Made by a program: the position numbers and the translations under genes. A stretch of 64,000 bases of DNA from Gemmatimonas sp. (GTDB taxonomy: Bacteria > Gemmatimonadota > Gemmatimonadetes > Gemmatimonadales > Gemmatimonadaceae): the NCBI GenBank assembly GCA_031414535.1, contig JANNVQ010000017.1:25450-89449 (forward strand), read 5' to 3'. The notes beneath the pieces are model-generated. The model was given only the letters and a program-made list of their open reading frames with translations. It did no database searches and was not told where the DNA came from. This document shows, one piece after another, positions 53,571-62,644 of this stretch; the stretch's first letter is position 1; every line of letters starts with the position of its first letter.

Positions 53571-56066
53571 ATGCCGCTCCCCGCCAACCCGCCCGCCACG
53601 CCAGCGACGCTCTCGCAGAACGCCCGCACCGTTCTTGAGAAGCGCTATCTGGTGAAGGACAAGACCGGCAAGCCGATCGAGACGCCCGAGGATATGTTCT
53701 GGCGCGTCGCGACGACCATCGCCGAGGCGGACCGGAAGTATGGGGCCACGGACAAGCAGATTGAGAAGACCGCGAATCAGTTCTATGAACTGATGACGCA
53801 GCGTCGCTTTGAGCCGAACTCTCCCACGCTGATGAACGCCGGCCGTCCGCTTGGCCAGCTCTCTGCCTGCTTCGTGCTGCCGGTAGACGATGCGCTCTCC
53901 AATGGAACGAGCGGCATCTACGACACGCTGCGCTCGATGGCGCTCATTCATCAGTCGGGTGGTGGTACGGGCTTCTCGTTCTCGCGCCTGCGTGGCCGCG
54001 GGGCGATGGTGCGCTCTACCACTGGTGTGGCGAGCGGCCCCATCTCCTTCATGGAGCTCTACGACGCATCCACGGATGCGGTGAAGCAGGGCGGCACCCG
54101 TCGCGGCGCCAACATGGGCATCCTGCGCGTGGACCATCCCGATGTGATGGAGTTCATCACGTCCAAGGAAGACCTCACGAAAATCACCAACTTCAACATC
54201 TCCGTCGCCATCACGACGAAGTACATGGAGGCGTTGAAGGCCGGCGGCGACTACGATCTCATTGATCCGTCCACCAAGAAGGTGGTCGGTCAGATGAACG
54301 CCCAGGAAGTCTGGGATAAGATGATCGAAGGCGCGTGGCGCACCGGTGAGCCGGGCGTGTTCTTCATTGACGAAGCCAACAAGTACAATCCGGTGCCACA
54401 CCTCGGCGCCTACGAAGCCACCAACCCCTGCGGCGAGCAGCCGCTGCTGGCCTACGACGTCTGCAATCTCGGCTCGATCAACGTTGGCTACTATGTGAAC
54501 GACGGCAAGATGGATTGGAAGTCCTTCGCCAAGGACATCCACCTCTCCACGCGTTTCCTCGACAACGTCATTGACGCCAACAAGTATCCGCTGCCGGAGA
54601 TTGACTCGCTCTCCAAGCGCATCCGCCGCATCGGCTTGGGCGTGATGGGCTTCGCCGACGCGCTCATCCGCCTCGGCGTCGTGTACGATTCGCCGGAAGG
54701 CGTGGAGTTCGGCCGCAAGGTGATGGAGTACGTGGACGTCGAGGGCAAGAAGGCCTCGGCGCAGCTCGCCGAAGAGCGTGGCGCGTTCCCCGAGTGGGCA
54801 CAGTCCATCTGGGGCCCGGATGCCACCGCCGCTCGTGACGAGAGCGGCAACCGTCTCCGCCCAGAGATGAAGCTCCGCAATTGCAACGTCACCACCGTCG
54901 CACCAACCGGCACCATCTCCATCATCGCCGGCTGCTCGTCTGGTTTAGAGCCGCTCTTCGCCGTGGCCTTCATGCGCAATCAGGCCGGCGTGATGATGCC
55001 CGATGTGAACGAGGACTTCATTGCCATTGCCAAGAAGGAAGGCTGGTACTCCGACGCGCTCATGGAGCGCATCGCCAAGACCGGCTCGGTGATCCACAGC
55101 GAGGTGCCGGTGAAGTGGCAGCAGGTGTTCGCCACTGCGAACAACATCGCCCCCGAGTGGCACATCAAGATGCAGGCAGCGTTCCAGGATCACTGCGACT
55201 CTGCCATCTCCAAGACCACGAACTTCTCGCACGCCGCTACACGCGAGGATGTGAAGAAGATTTACGAGCTCGCCTATGAGATGAGGTGCAAGGGCGTCAC
55301 CGTGTACCGTGACGGTTCGCGCGATGGCCAGGTGCTCTCCACCGGTGCCACCGCCGACGCTGCCGCCAAGCGTGACGGCAAGGTCGAAGACGCCGCTTCG
55401 CGTCAGGAGCTCGCGGACTTGAACGAGCGCCTCGCCGAAGTGCAGGCGTCCAACGATCGCTTGCAGCGCCTGCTGTTCGATGCCGAGGCCGAAACCCTCC
55501 AGCGCCGTCAGAAGCGCTCGCGTCCGGACGTCCTCAAGTCCACGGCCATCCGTAAGGAGACGCCGCTCGGCACGATGTTCGTGCACATCACCGAGGACGA
55601 TAAGGGCCAGCCCTTCGAAGTCTTCATCAACCTCGGCAAGGCTGGCGGTTCTGCCATGGCCGACGCCGAAGCGATGGGTCGCCTCGTGTCACTTGCGCTG
55701 CGCTCGGGCATCCCGATCCAGCAGGTGCACCGTCAGCTGCGCGGCATCTCCTCCGACCGCGCCGTGGGCCTCGGTCCGAACAAGGTGCTCTCTGTGCCGG
55801 ACGCGATTGGTCTCGCGCTCGAGGATTGGATGCGCACCAAGAATGGTGTGCAGCAGGAGTTGCTGACTACGGCCGAGACGCTGGCGTCGCCCGCGGCCCC
55901 GGTCATGAAGACGATGCCGGCGACTGCCGGGAACACGCAGATGGCCTTTGAGCCGGTGAGCAGCGGCGATTCGTTCATCGGGACCTGCCCGGATTGCGGC
56001 TCGCAGTTGGAGTTCGCCGAGGGCTGCGCGAAGTGCCACGTGTGTGGCTTCTCGGAGTGCGGCTGA
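53571..56066 (+). CDS. nrdJ: Class II (adenosylcobalamin-dependent) ribonucleotide reductase
   Basis: NSPTLMNAG, SACF, GGTRRGANM, TNPCGEQPL, VAPTGTIS, YRDGSR, TSCPD-like domain, C-terminal CPDC..CHVC. GGAG RBS before ATG 53571. No nrdB nearby. Confidence 0.93.
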   Translation: MPLPANPPATPATLSQNARTVLEKRYLVKDKTGKPIETPEDMFWRVATTIAEADRKYGATDKQIEKTANQFYELMTQRRFEPNSPTLMNAGRPLGQLSACFVLPVDDALSNGTSGIYDTLRSMALIHQSGGGTGFSFSRLRGRGAMVRSTTGVASGPISFMELYDASTDAVKQGGTRRGANMGILRVDHPDVMEFITSKEDLTKITNFNISVAITTKYMEALKAGGDYDLIDPSTKKVVGQMNAQEVWDKMIEGAWRTGEPGVFFIDEANKYNPVPHLGAYEATNPCGEQPLLAYDVCNLGSINVGYYVNDGKMDWKSFAKDIHLSTRFLDNVIDANKYPLPEIDSLSKRIRRIGLGVMGFADALIRLGVVYDSPEGVEFGRKVMEYVDVEGKKASAQLAEERGAFPEWAQSIWGPDATAARDESGNRLRPEMKLRNCNVTTVAPTGTISIIAGCSSGLEPLFAVAFMRNQAGVMMPDVNEDFIAIAKKEGWYSDALMERIAKTGSVIHSEVPVKWQQVFATANNIAPEWHIKMQAAFQDHCDSAISKTTNFSHAATREDVKKIYELAYEMRCKGVTVYRDGSRDGQVLSTGATADAAAKRDGKVEDAASRQELADLNERLAEVQASNDRLQRLLFDAEAETLQRRQKRSRPDVLKSTAIRKETPLGTMFVHITEDDKGQPFEVFINLGKAGGSAMADAEAMGRLVSLALRSGIPIQQVHRQLRGISSDRAVGLGPNKVLSVPDAIGLALEDWMRTKNGVQQELLTTAETLASPAAPVMKTMPATAGNTQMAFEPVSSGDSFIGTCPDCGSQLEFAEGCAKCHVCGFSECG

Positions 56067-56089
56067 TTAGTCGCTAGCGGCATCAGTGC

Positions 56090-56123
56090 AAAGCGGGCCG
56101 GTCCTTCGGGATCGGCCCGCTTT
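56090..56123 (+). terminator. Terminator-like hairpin after nrdJ
   Basis: AAAGCGGGCCGGTCC-ttcg-GGATCGGCCCGCTTT with a cUUCGg tetraloop. Confidence 0.75.
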
Positions 56124-56209
56124 CGCATTCCGCGGCGTGATTTGGATGGGGCGACCTAGCGCGTGTCAGATATCCTCGGCGGACGAACACTTCGTCCTGT
56201 GATCGAAGC

Positions 56210-56238
56210 TTGACTCATCACCATGAGTAATATATGAT
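56210..56238 (+). promoter_or_regulatory. sigma70 promoter with overlapping palindromic operator for vapBC
   Basis: TTGACT (56210-15), N17, TATGAT (56233-38), N7, ATG 56246. ACTCAT-cacc-ATGAGT at 56213-56228. Confidence 0.8.
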
Positions 56239-56245
56239 ACTGCCA

Positions 56246-56500
56246 ATGACGCAGCGCCTTCAGGTCCTCCTCGACGACTCCGAGTTCGCCGAAATTCGTC
56301 GCATCGCGCGCCGGCACCGCATGACGGTGGCGGAATGGGTGCGTCAGGCATTGCGTGCCGCTCGGCGCGACGAGCCCCGCTATGAAGTGGACCGCAAGCT
56401 AGCGGTACTTCGTGAGGCTTCACGGCACTCGTATACGTCCGGCGACATCGGGGAGATTCTTTCCGACATCGAGCGTGGCCGCTTCGGCGAGCAAGCATGA
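56246..56500 (+). CDS. vapB: Ribbon-helix-helix antitoxin (VapB/CopG-like)
   Basis: MTQRLQVLLDD..IRRIARR..TVAEWVRQAL RHH pattern. ATGA overlap with the PIN toxin. Confidence 0.85.
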   Translation: MTQRLQVLLDDSEFAEIRRIARRHRMTVAEWVRQALRAARRDEPRYEVDRKLAVLREASRHSYTSGDIGEILSDIERGRFGEQA

Positions 56501-56892
56501 TCTTCGTCGACTCCAACGTGCCGGTGTATCTGGTCGGCGCGTCGCAGCCCCACCGGGAGAGCACGGTCGCCGTGGTAGACCGCCTAGTGCGAGGTGGCGA
56601 GAAGATGGTGACGAGCGCCGAGGTAATGCAGGAGTTGCTGCATCTGTACACGCACCGACGGGCTTTGCACGCGGTGCAACCGGCGCTCGATGTGCTGAAG
56701 GGACTGGTTGACGAGGTGTATCCAATCGAAGCGATGGATGTCGAGCGCGCGCATGCGGTGCTTCGGGCGCATCCTGGGTTCTCGTCACGAGATGCGCTGC
56801 ACGTTGCGGTTATGCAACGTCACGGCGTGCGCCGTGTGCTGAGCTACGATCGGGACTTCGATCGAATCGATACGCTAGAGCGCGTGTACTGA
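56497..56892 (+). CDS. vapC: PIN-domain toxin VapC
   Basis: IFVDSNV, EVMQE, RDALHVA, SYDRDFD acidic tetrad. Confidence 0.92.
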   Translation: MIFVDSNVPVYLVGASQPHRESTVAVVDRLVRGGEKMVTSAEVMQELLHLYTHRRALHAVQPALDVLKGLVDEVYPIEAMDVERAHAVLRAHPGFSSRDALHVAVMQRHGVRRVLSYDRDFDRIDTLERVY

Positions 56893-56929
56893 GCCTGCCT
56901 CGAGGCCGTTTCCTTCCGTCATTAGTCAA

Positions 56930-57460
56930 ATGATCTGCACAGCCTTCATCGCAACATCCCTCGACGGCTACATCGCGCGCCCAGACGGCGCCATCGATTG
57001 GCTACCCGTGCCCGAAGAGGGCGGAGACGACTACGGCTACAACGAGTTCATTGAGTCGGTGGACGCCATCGTGATGGGTCGCAACACCTACGAGTTAGTG
57101 CTCACATTCGGTGGCTGGCACTACACAAAGCCGGTGTTGGTACTATCAACGCAGGGCGTGAGCGTTGCGCCAGAGTTAGTGTCGAAGGTCCATCAAGCGT
57201 CTGCCTCACCGCGCGAGGTGCTCGACTTCTGCAAAGCGCGGGGATGGAAATCTCTCTACGTGGACGGCGGCGTTACCATCCAGCGATTTCTGGCTGCGGG
57301 GTTGATGGACCGATTGATTGTCACGCGTGTACCGGTAATCATCGGCAGCGGACTGCCGCTGTTTGGTGCAGTGCCAACCGACGTCAATTTCAGTCATGTA
57401 CGTACGCAAGCCTATAATAACGGGCTCGTGCAGAGCGAATATCTCGTCAGGCGCACCTAA
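56930..57460 (+). CDS. Dihydrofolate reductase / RibD C-terminal family protein
   Basis: IATSLDGYIA, VMGRNTYE, YVDGG, PVIIGSGLPLF. Confidence 0.9.
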   Translation: MICTAFIATSLDGYIARPDGAIDWLPVPEEGGDDYGYNEFIESVDAIVMGRNTYELVLTFGGWHYTKPVLVLSTQGVSVAPELVSKVHQASASPREVLDFCKARGWKSLYVDGGVTIQRFLAAGLMDRLIVTRVPVIIGSGLPLFGAVPTDVNFSHVRTQAYNNGLVQSEYLVRRT

Positions 57461-57469
57461 TCGGAGCCG

Positions 57470-58294
57470 ATGATGAACCGACTGCTGTTGCTCATTGGAC
57501 TGTTGACGATTGCGCCGCTGTCTCGCGCCGAAGCGCAGTGCGCCGTCGGTGGCTATCCCATCACGGTCGCAGCGCTCGGTGATGCCACAGCAGACAGCAC
57601 ATTCCTCGCGAGCACAGCACGTATCATCGCGCTGCGTTGGGCGACGCCGAGCCTGCGGCGCACGGACTTCACGCAGTGGCGCCGGGTGCGCGAGCGCACA
57701 CTCCCGGAGATTCCACGCTGGGCGGACGATTGGCGCCCAGACTCATCGCATAAGGCAGAGTTCGTGATTGTGCTTCGCCGTCGCGGTCGTAGCGACCTGT
57801 TGCAACCGACCACGTCTTCAAGCGACCGACTCTTTGACCGTTCGCTGGAGAGTGTGCTGCGCGATCCGCTTCCAGGTAGCCCGGACCTGCCGCTACTGCC
57901 GGCGAGTGTCAGCGCCGATACGCTCGCATTGCGCGTGCGCTTCGGTGTGGAGCCGGAGACGCTGATGCCCGGCATGGTTCGCTTCGCGGCGATTCAGACG
58001 CCAGTGGAAGTGGTGCCGGGTACGCTACAGATGACCTTTCAGCGACGCGCGCCAACCACCATCGGCGGACGCAACACCTCCGCGGCCGCCGCAGTGTCGG
58101 GGATTGAAGCCACCGTGAAGTACGACGTGACTGTCGAGGGGACGATCGATCCGCGCTCCCTCCAACTCGTGGACAGTAACGACCGTGAGTTTGGTCGCAC
58201 GGTGATGGACGCTCTGGTGCGCGCACGATTCAATGCGGCGACGACGAACTGTCAGCCCGTGCGCATTTCCGTGCTACAAAAGTTCAATCTTTAA
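57470..58294 (+). CDS. Exported protein with TolA/TonB C-terminal-like domains
   Basis: Signal peptide ..AEA-Q, FVIVL..G..SSSDRLFD, and GIEATVKYDV..G..F..A..QPVR..QKFNL (TonB_C-like). Confidence 0.6.
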   Translation: MMNRLLLLIGLLTIAPLSRAEAQCAVGGYPITVAALGDATADSTFLASTARIIALRWATPSLRRTDFTQWRRVRERTLPEIPRWADDWRPDSSHKAEFVIVLRRRGRSDLLQPTTSSSDRLFDRSLESVLRDPLPGSPDLPLLPASVSADTLALRVRFGVEPETLMPGMVRFAAIQTPVEVVPGTLQMTFQRRAPTTIGGRNTSAAAAVSGIEATVKYDVTVEGTIDPRSLQLVDSNDREFGRTVMDALVRARFNAATTNCQPVRISVLQKFNL

Positions 58295-58296
58295 CA

Positions 58297-58716
58297 TCAG
58301 GCGTTCGTCGAGAACACGCGCCGCACCGCCGGGTCAACCCGCGTCACGCGCCCAGACGCGCGACTGATCGGACACCAGAGCGTCCGCACCGCTGCCAAGA
58401 CCTTGCGATCGCTCCCCCGCAGGATCTCCACAAATCGCTCGAATTTCACGGAGTCCGCTTCTCCAACCCACGTTGATGCGATGATTGTATCGGCGGGCAG
58501 GGCAGGCACCTTGTAGTCAACTTCGTGCCGCACGGCCACCCACGCGATTGCCTCCTGCTGTGCCGGCGTCGCGGCCGCGACCCAGTGGGCGGTGGCGACG
58601 TCTTGGGCCCAACGGAGGTACACGACATTGTTGACGTGCCCGAGGGTGTCGATGTCGGCCGGGACGATCTCGAGGGCGAGTTCGAAGCGTGGCGCGAGCC
58701 GGGACGAGGTGGACAT
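58297..58716 (-). CDS. Acyl-CoA thioesterase (4HBT/YbgC hotdog fold)
   Basis: DIDTLGHVNNVVYLRW. ATG 58716 is preceded by TATCTT-N7. Confidence 0.9.
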   Translation of the reverse strand: MSTSSRLAPRFELALEIVPADIDTLGHVNNVVYLRWAQDVATAHWVAAATPAQQEAIAWVAVRHEVDYKVPALPADTIIASTWVGEADSVKFERFVEILRGSDRKVLAAVRTLWCPISRASGRVTRVDPAVRRVFSTNA

Positions 58717-58801
58717 CCGGAAAAAGATAGCCGGTGTAGCTGGCGGTCCGGAGTCCCGCTCCACAACTTGGAGCGGACACCTCCTCATCTCTGGTGCAAC
58801 A

Positions 58802-59656
58802 ATGCCAGTCGCAAACCGTAAGCCGACAGACGCTGAGATTGACGTTCATGGGCTCACCCATCGTGGGTTGGTGCGCCCAGCCAACGAAGACCAGTTCCTT
58901 CTGGGATCTATCCTCAAACACGTGCAGGTGATCTCGACAAGCCTGCCGGCCGATGCCATCCAGAACTCCGAGGACCGACTCGCCTTCATTGCGATGGTCG
59001 CCGATGGCGTGGGCGGCCTCGAGCGCGGCGAGGAGGCCAGTGCCACCGCCGTTGAAGCGGCGATGACCTACGTCGCCGAGAGCATGAAGTGCTACTACAT
59101 GGCGGAGTCTGGCACCGAACGCTTTGAAGCAGAGTTGGTGGCGGCCGCACTCCGTGCCCACGAAGCGGTGCGCGCCAAGTCTGGCGCGGACAGCGGTGGA
59201 CGTCCGATGGCGACAACGCTCACGCTCTACATGGGCGTCTGGCCCGTCTACTACCTGCTGCAGGTTGGGGACTCCCGTTACTACATGTATCGCGATGGTA
59301 AGCTCACGCAGGTCTCGCGTGATCAGACCGTGGCGCAGGATCTGGTTGACCAAGGCGTGCTCTCGCAGGCGGCGGCGGAGAAGACGCGTCTCGCCCACGT
59401 GCTCTCGTCGGCCCTCGGCGGCGACCAAGCGGCACCGGTGGTGACGCGGCTCGATTCCGAATGGGGCATCGCGCACCTTCTGTGTAGTGACGGCCTCACC
59501 AAGCACGTGAGCGACGCCCGCATCGCCGAGGTGCTCGGTTCGATGACCAGCGCCAAGCAAGCTGCCGAGCAATTGCTTCAGGACGCGCTTGACGGTGGTG
59601 GGACGGACAACGTCACGATTATCATAGGGCGCACCAGCCCCGACGCCGTACGGTAA
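58802..59656 (+). CDS. PP2C-family Ser/Thr phosphatase (soluble)
   Basis: THRGLVRPANED, VADGVGG, ATTLT, VGDSR, CSDGLT, GGTDNVT. Confidence 0.92.
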   Translation: MPVANRKPTDAEIDVHGLTHRGLVRPANEDQFLLGSILKHVQVISTSLPADAIQNSEDRLAFIAMVADGVGGLERGEEASATAVEAAMTYVAESMKCYYMAESGTERFEAELVAAALRAHEAVRAKSGADSGGRPMATTLTLYMGVWPVYYLLQVGDSRYYMYRDGKLTQVSRDQTVAQDLVDQGVLSQAAAEKTRLAHVLSSALGGDQAAPVVTRLDSEWGIAHLLCSDGLTKHVSDARIAEVLGSMTSAKQAAEQLLQDALDGGGTDNVTIIIGRTSPDAVR

Positions 59657-59727
59657 CGGAGCCAGTCGGCTCGCACCGAATTAGAGGGTATCTTTCAGGA
59701 CGTTTCTTTCCCGAACCCTCCAGTCAG

Positions 59728-61842
59728 ATGGTTATGCGCCTTCGCGTTCTCGTCGGCTTGCTCATGACAGCGTTCGTCGTACCCGCGGCTCTCCATTCCC
59801 AGAACTCCGCGCCCACTGCTGCGGAAGATCCCTTCATCTGGCTTGAGGAAATCGAGAGCCCACGCGCGCTCGATTGGGTTCGCCAGCGCAACCTGCGCTC
59901 ACTCGGCGTGCTCGAAGGCGACGCCCGCTTTGCTGGCTTGAACGCCTCGGCGCTCGAGATAGTGAACGCCACGGACCGCATTCCAGCGCCGTCGTTCTGG
60001 TCAGGGGCCATCTCCAACTTCTGGCAGGACCGCAGCAACGTGCGCGGTCTCTGGCGTCGCACCACGCTCGATGGTTATCGCAGTGCCTCGCCCGCTTGGG
60101 AGACCATTCTCGATATTGACGCGCTTGCGCGCGATGAAGGGAAGAATTGGGTGTTTAGCGGTGCGAACTGCTTGGAGCCCGACGAGCGCTATTGCCTGGT
60201 GCAGCTGTCCGATGGCGGCAAAGATGCCGTCACGATTCGCGAATATGATACCCAGACCCGTCGGTGGATTGATGGCGGATTCGTCTTTCCTGAGGGAAAG
60301 CAGAATGTGTCTTGGGTAGACCGCAACACCGTGCTCGTGGCGCGTGAGTGGACAGCGGGCGAGATGACGACCTCTGGTTATGCATATGTCGTGAAGCGAG
60401 TCACGCGTGGTCAGCCGATGGAAGGCGCGGTGGAGGTGTTCCGCGGCGAGCGTACGGATGTGTGGGCGAATGGCCTCGTGCTCCGCGACGCAGACGGTGT
60501 CGTGCGCGCAACGCTCATCAGCCGTGGCCGTACGTTCTGGGAGAGCGAGATTTACCACCTCACACCTACGGGCACGCGTCTGCTGCCGCTCCCGGGCCGA
60601 CACGACCTGCACGGACTGGTCAACGGTGCGCTGTTGTTCACGGCGAATGAAGAGTGGAAGGGCTTCAAGGCCGGCGACGTGTTGAGCTATGATCTCGCCA
60701 GCCTGCTGCGGGATCCGGCGACGGCGCGCGCGCAACTCGTGCTGCGTCCCGGTCCGCGTGAAGCCGTGGAAGGCGTCACCCTCACCAAGTCGCGGCTCGT
60801 GGTGGCGCTCTATGAAAACGTGCGCGGTGCCGCGTACGCTTACCGTCGTGAGGCAGATGCCTGGGTGCGGACCCGGCTTCCGCTGCCCGAGAACGTCACC
60901 GTAGCGCTGGGCTCGGTGGAGCGTGGTGCCGATCGTCTCTTCGTGAATGTCTCGGGGTATCTCACGCCGCAAACCCTGCTGCTCGTGGACGCTGCGGCCG
61001 TGACCGCCGAGTCGGTCAAGCAGGCGCCCGCAAAGTTCGACGCTACCGGCTTGATTGTCGAGCAGTACGACGCGACCTCAGCGGACGGCACCAAGGTCCC
61101 CTACTTCATCGTGCGTCGCGCCGACGCCCCTCGTGACGGCACGACGCCGACTCTGCTCTACGGATATGGCGGATTCCAGATATCACAGCTGCCCAGCTAC
61201 AGCGCCATTCGTGGCAAGCTCTGGTTGGAGCGTGGTGGCGCGTTCGCGGTAGCCAACACGCGAGGCGGCGGCGAGTTCGGCCCGGCCTGGCACCAGGCGG
61301 CCATCGGCGCGAATCGCGATCGCGCGCACGAGGATTTCATTGCGGTCGCGGAGGATCTCATCGCCAAGAAGTTCACCTCACCGCGGCGCTTGGGCATTCA
61401 GGGCGGTTCGCAGGGCGGACTCTTCATGGGTGTAGCCATGACGCGACGTCCGGAGCTGTTCAGCGCCGTCATCATCGGCGTGCCGCTCTTCGATATGCTG
61501 CGGTATCACCTCCTGCTCGCCGGCGCGAGCTGGGTGGGTGAGTATGGCAATCCAGACATACCCGCCGAGCGCGCGTGGATTCTGAAGTATTCGCCGTACC
61601 AGGCCTTGGCAGCGGGGCGTAGCTATCCCGAGCCGTTTATCTTCACGTCCACCAAGGACGACCGCGTACATCCGGGTCACGCCCGCAAGGCGGCGGCTCG
61701 TCTCGAGCAGTTGGGGTACCCGTACCTGTATTACGAAAACACAGATGGTGGGCACTCTGCGGCGGCGAATCTCGTTGAGTCAGCACGCCGTAATGCACTG
61801 GAGTACACCTATCTCACCCGCAAGCTGATGGATACGCCGTGA
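59728..61842 (+). CDS. Prolyl oligopeptidase (S9A), exported
   Basis: Signal peptide, DPFIWLEE, LYGYGGF, RGGGEFG, GGSQGG nucleophile, DDRVHP, GGH. Confidence 0.93.
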   Translation: MVMRLRVLVGLLMTAFVVPAALHSQNSAPTAAEDPFIWLEEIESPRALDWVRQRNLRSLGVLEGDARFAGLNASALEIVNATDRIPAPSFWSGAISNFWQDRSNVRGLWRRTTLDGYRSASPAWETILDIDALARDEGKNWVFSGANCLEPDERYCLVQLSDGGKDAVTIREYDTQTRRWIDGGFVFPEGKQNVSWVDRNTVLVAREWTAGEMTTSGYAYVVKRVTRGQPMEGAVEVFRGERTDVWANGLVLRDADGVVRATLISRGRTFWESEIYHLTPTGTRLLPLPGRHDLHGLVNGALLFTANEEWKGFKAGDVLSYDLASLLRDPATARAQLVLRPGPREAVEGVTLTKSRLVVALYENVRGAAYAYRREADAWVRTRLPLPENVTVALGSVERGADRLFVNVSGYLTPQTLLLVDAAAVTAESVKQAPAKFDATGLIVEQYDATSADGTKVPYFIVRRADAPRDGTTPTLLYGYGGFQISQLPSYSAIRGKLWLERGGAFAVANTRGGGEFGPAWHQAAIGANRDRAHEDFIAVAEDLIAKKFTSPRRLGIQGGSQGGLFMGVAMTRRPELFSAVIIGVPLFDMLRYHLLLAGASWVGEYGNPDIPAERAWILKYSPYQALAAGRSYPEPFIFTSTKDDRVHPGHARKAAARLEQLGYPYLYYENTDGGHSAAANLVESARRNALEYTYLTRKLMDTP

Positions 61843-61855
61843 TTGGGATTTTTCG

Positions 61856-62644
61856 ATGACCCCGTGGGTGACGCGACTGTTGGTCGCGAACGTCGTGATG
61901 TTTGCATTGTCATACACCGTGCTCCCCAACGCCATCACTGATTTGTTGGTGTTCGTCCCGCGCGCGATTGTGACGCGCCCGTGGACGGTGGTGACGTACA
62001 TGTTCCTGCACGGCGGGCTCTCGCACATCCTCTTCAACATGCTGGGCCTGTTCTTCTTCGGCTCGCGCGTGGAATCGCGGCTGGGTGAACGGCGCTTCAT
62101 CACGCTCTATCTGGTGAGCGGCATTGCCGGCGCGCTCGCCTCGCTGATTTTCACGCCCCGCGCGGCCGTCATCGGTGCATCCGCGGGCGTGTTTGGCGTG
62201 ATGATGGCCTTCGCCATGTTTTGGCCGCGCGAGAAGATCTACATCTGGGGCGTGATTCCCGTCGAAGCGCGCGTCCTCGTGGCCATCACGACGGTGTTTG
62301 CACTCTTCTCGGGCTGGACGGGGCGCAGCGGCGGCGTGGCGCACTTCGCCCATCTCGGCGGCTACGTCGGTGCCTGGGGCTACCTCTTCTATGTGGGCCG
62401 GAATAGTGCCCAGCGGAAGTTCCAGCAACGCATGACCGCGGTGGAGCCGAGCGTGAAGCGCGCCGTAGCGCTGAACCGCGACGCGCTCAACCTCGACGGC
62501 GTGCATCAACTCACGCGCGAGGAAGTAGATCGCATTCTCGACAAGATCAGCGCCGATGGCATGTCGAGCATCACGCCCGAGGAACTGCGCTTCCTGTCGA
62601 ACTTTGCCCCGATGGACGACAGGAAGCCGATTCAACCGACTTAG
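61856..62644 (+). CDS. Rhomboid intramembrane serine protease with C-terminal helical tail
   Basis: YMFLHGG..HILFNM, GASAG, AHFAHLGG. Tail EVDRILDKIS..G..S (DUF6576-like). Confidence 0.92.
   Translation: MTPWVTRLLVANVVMFALSYTVLPNAITDLLVFVPRAIVTRPWTVVTYMFLHGGLSHILFNMLGLFFFGSRVESRLGERRFITLYLVSGIAGALASLIFTPRAAVIGASAGVFGVMMAFAMFWPREKIYIWGVIPVEARVLVAITTVFALFSGWTGRSGGVAHFAHLGGYVGAWGYLFYVGRNSAQRKFQQRMTAVEPSVKRAVALNRDALNLDGVHQLTREEVDRILDKISADGMSSITPEELRFLSNFAPMDDRKPIQPT

Noticed and set aside
61402..61419. GGSQGG instead of GGSNGG in the prolyl oligopeptidase as a sign of inactivation
   Set aside because: Catalytic Ser, Asp (DDRV) and His (GGH) are all retained, so this is a conservative variant.
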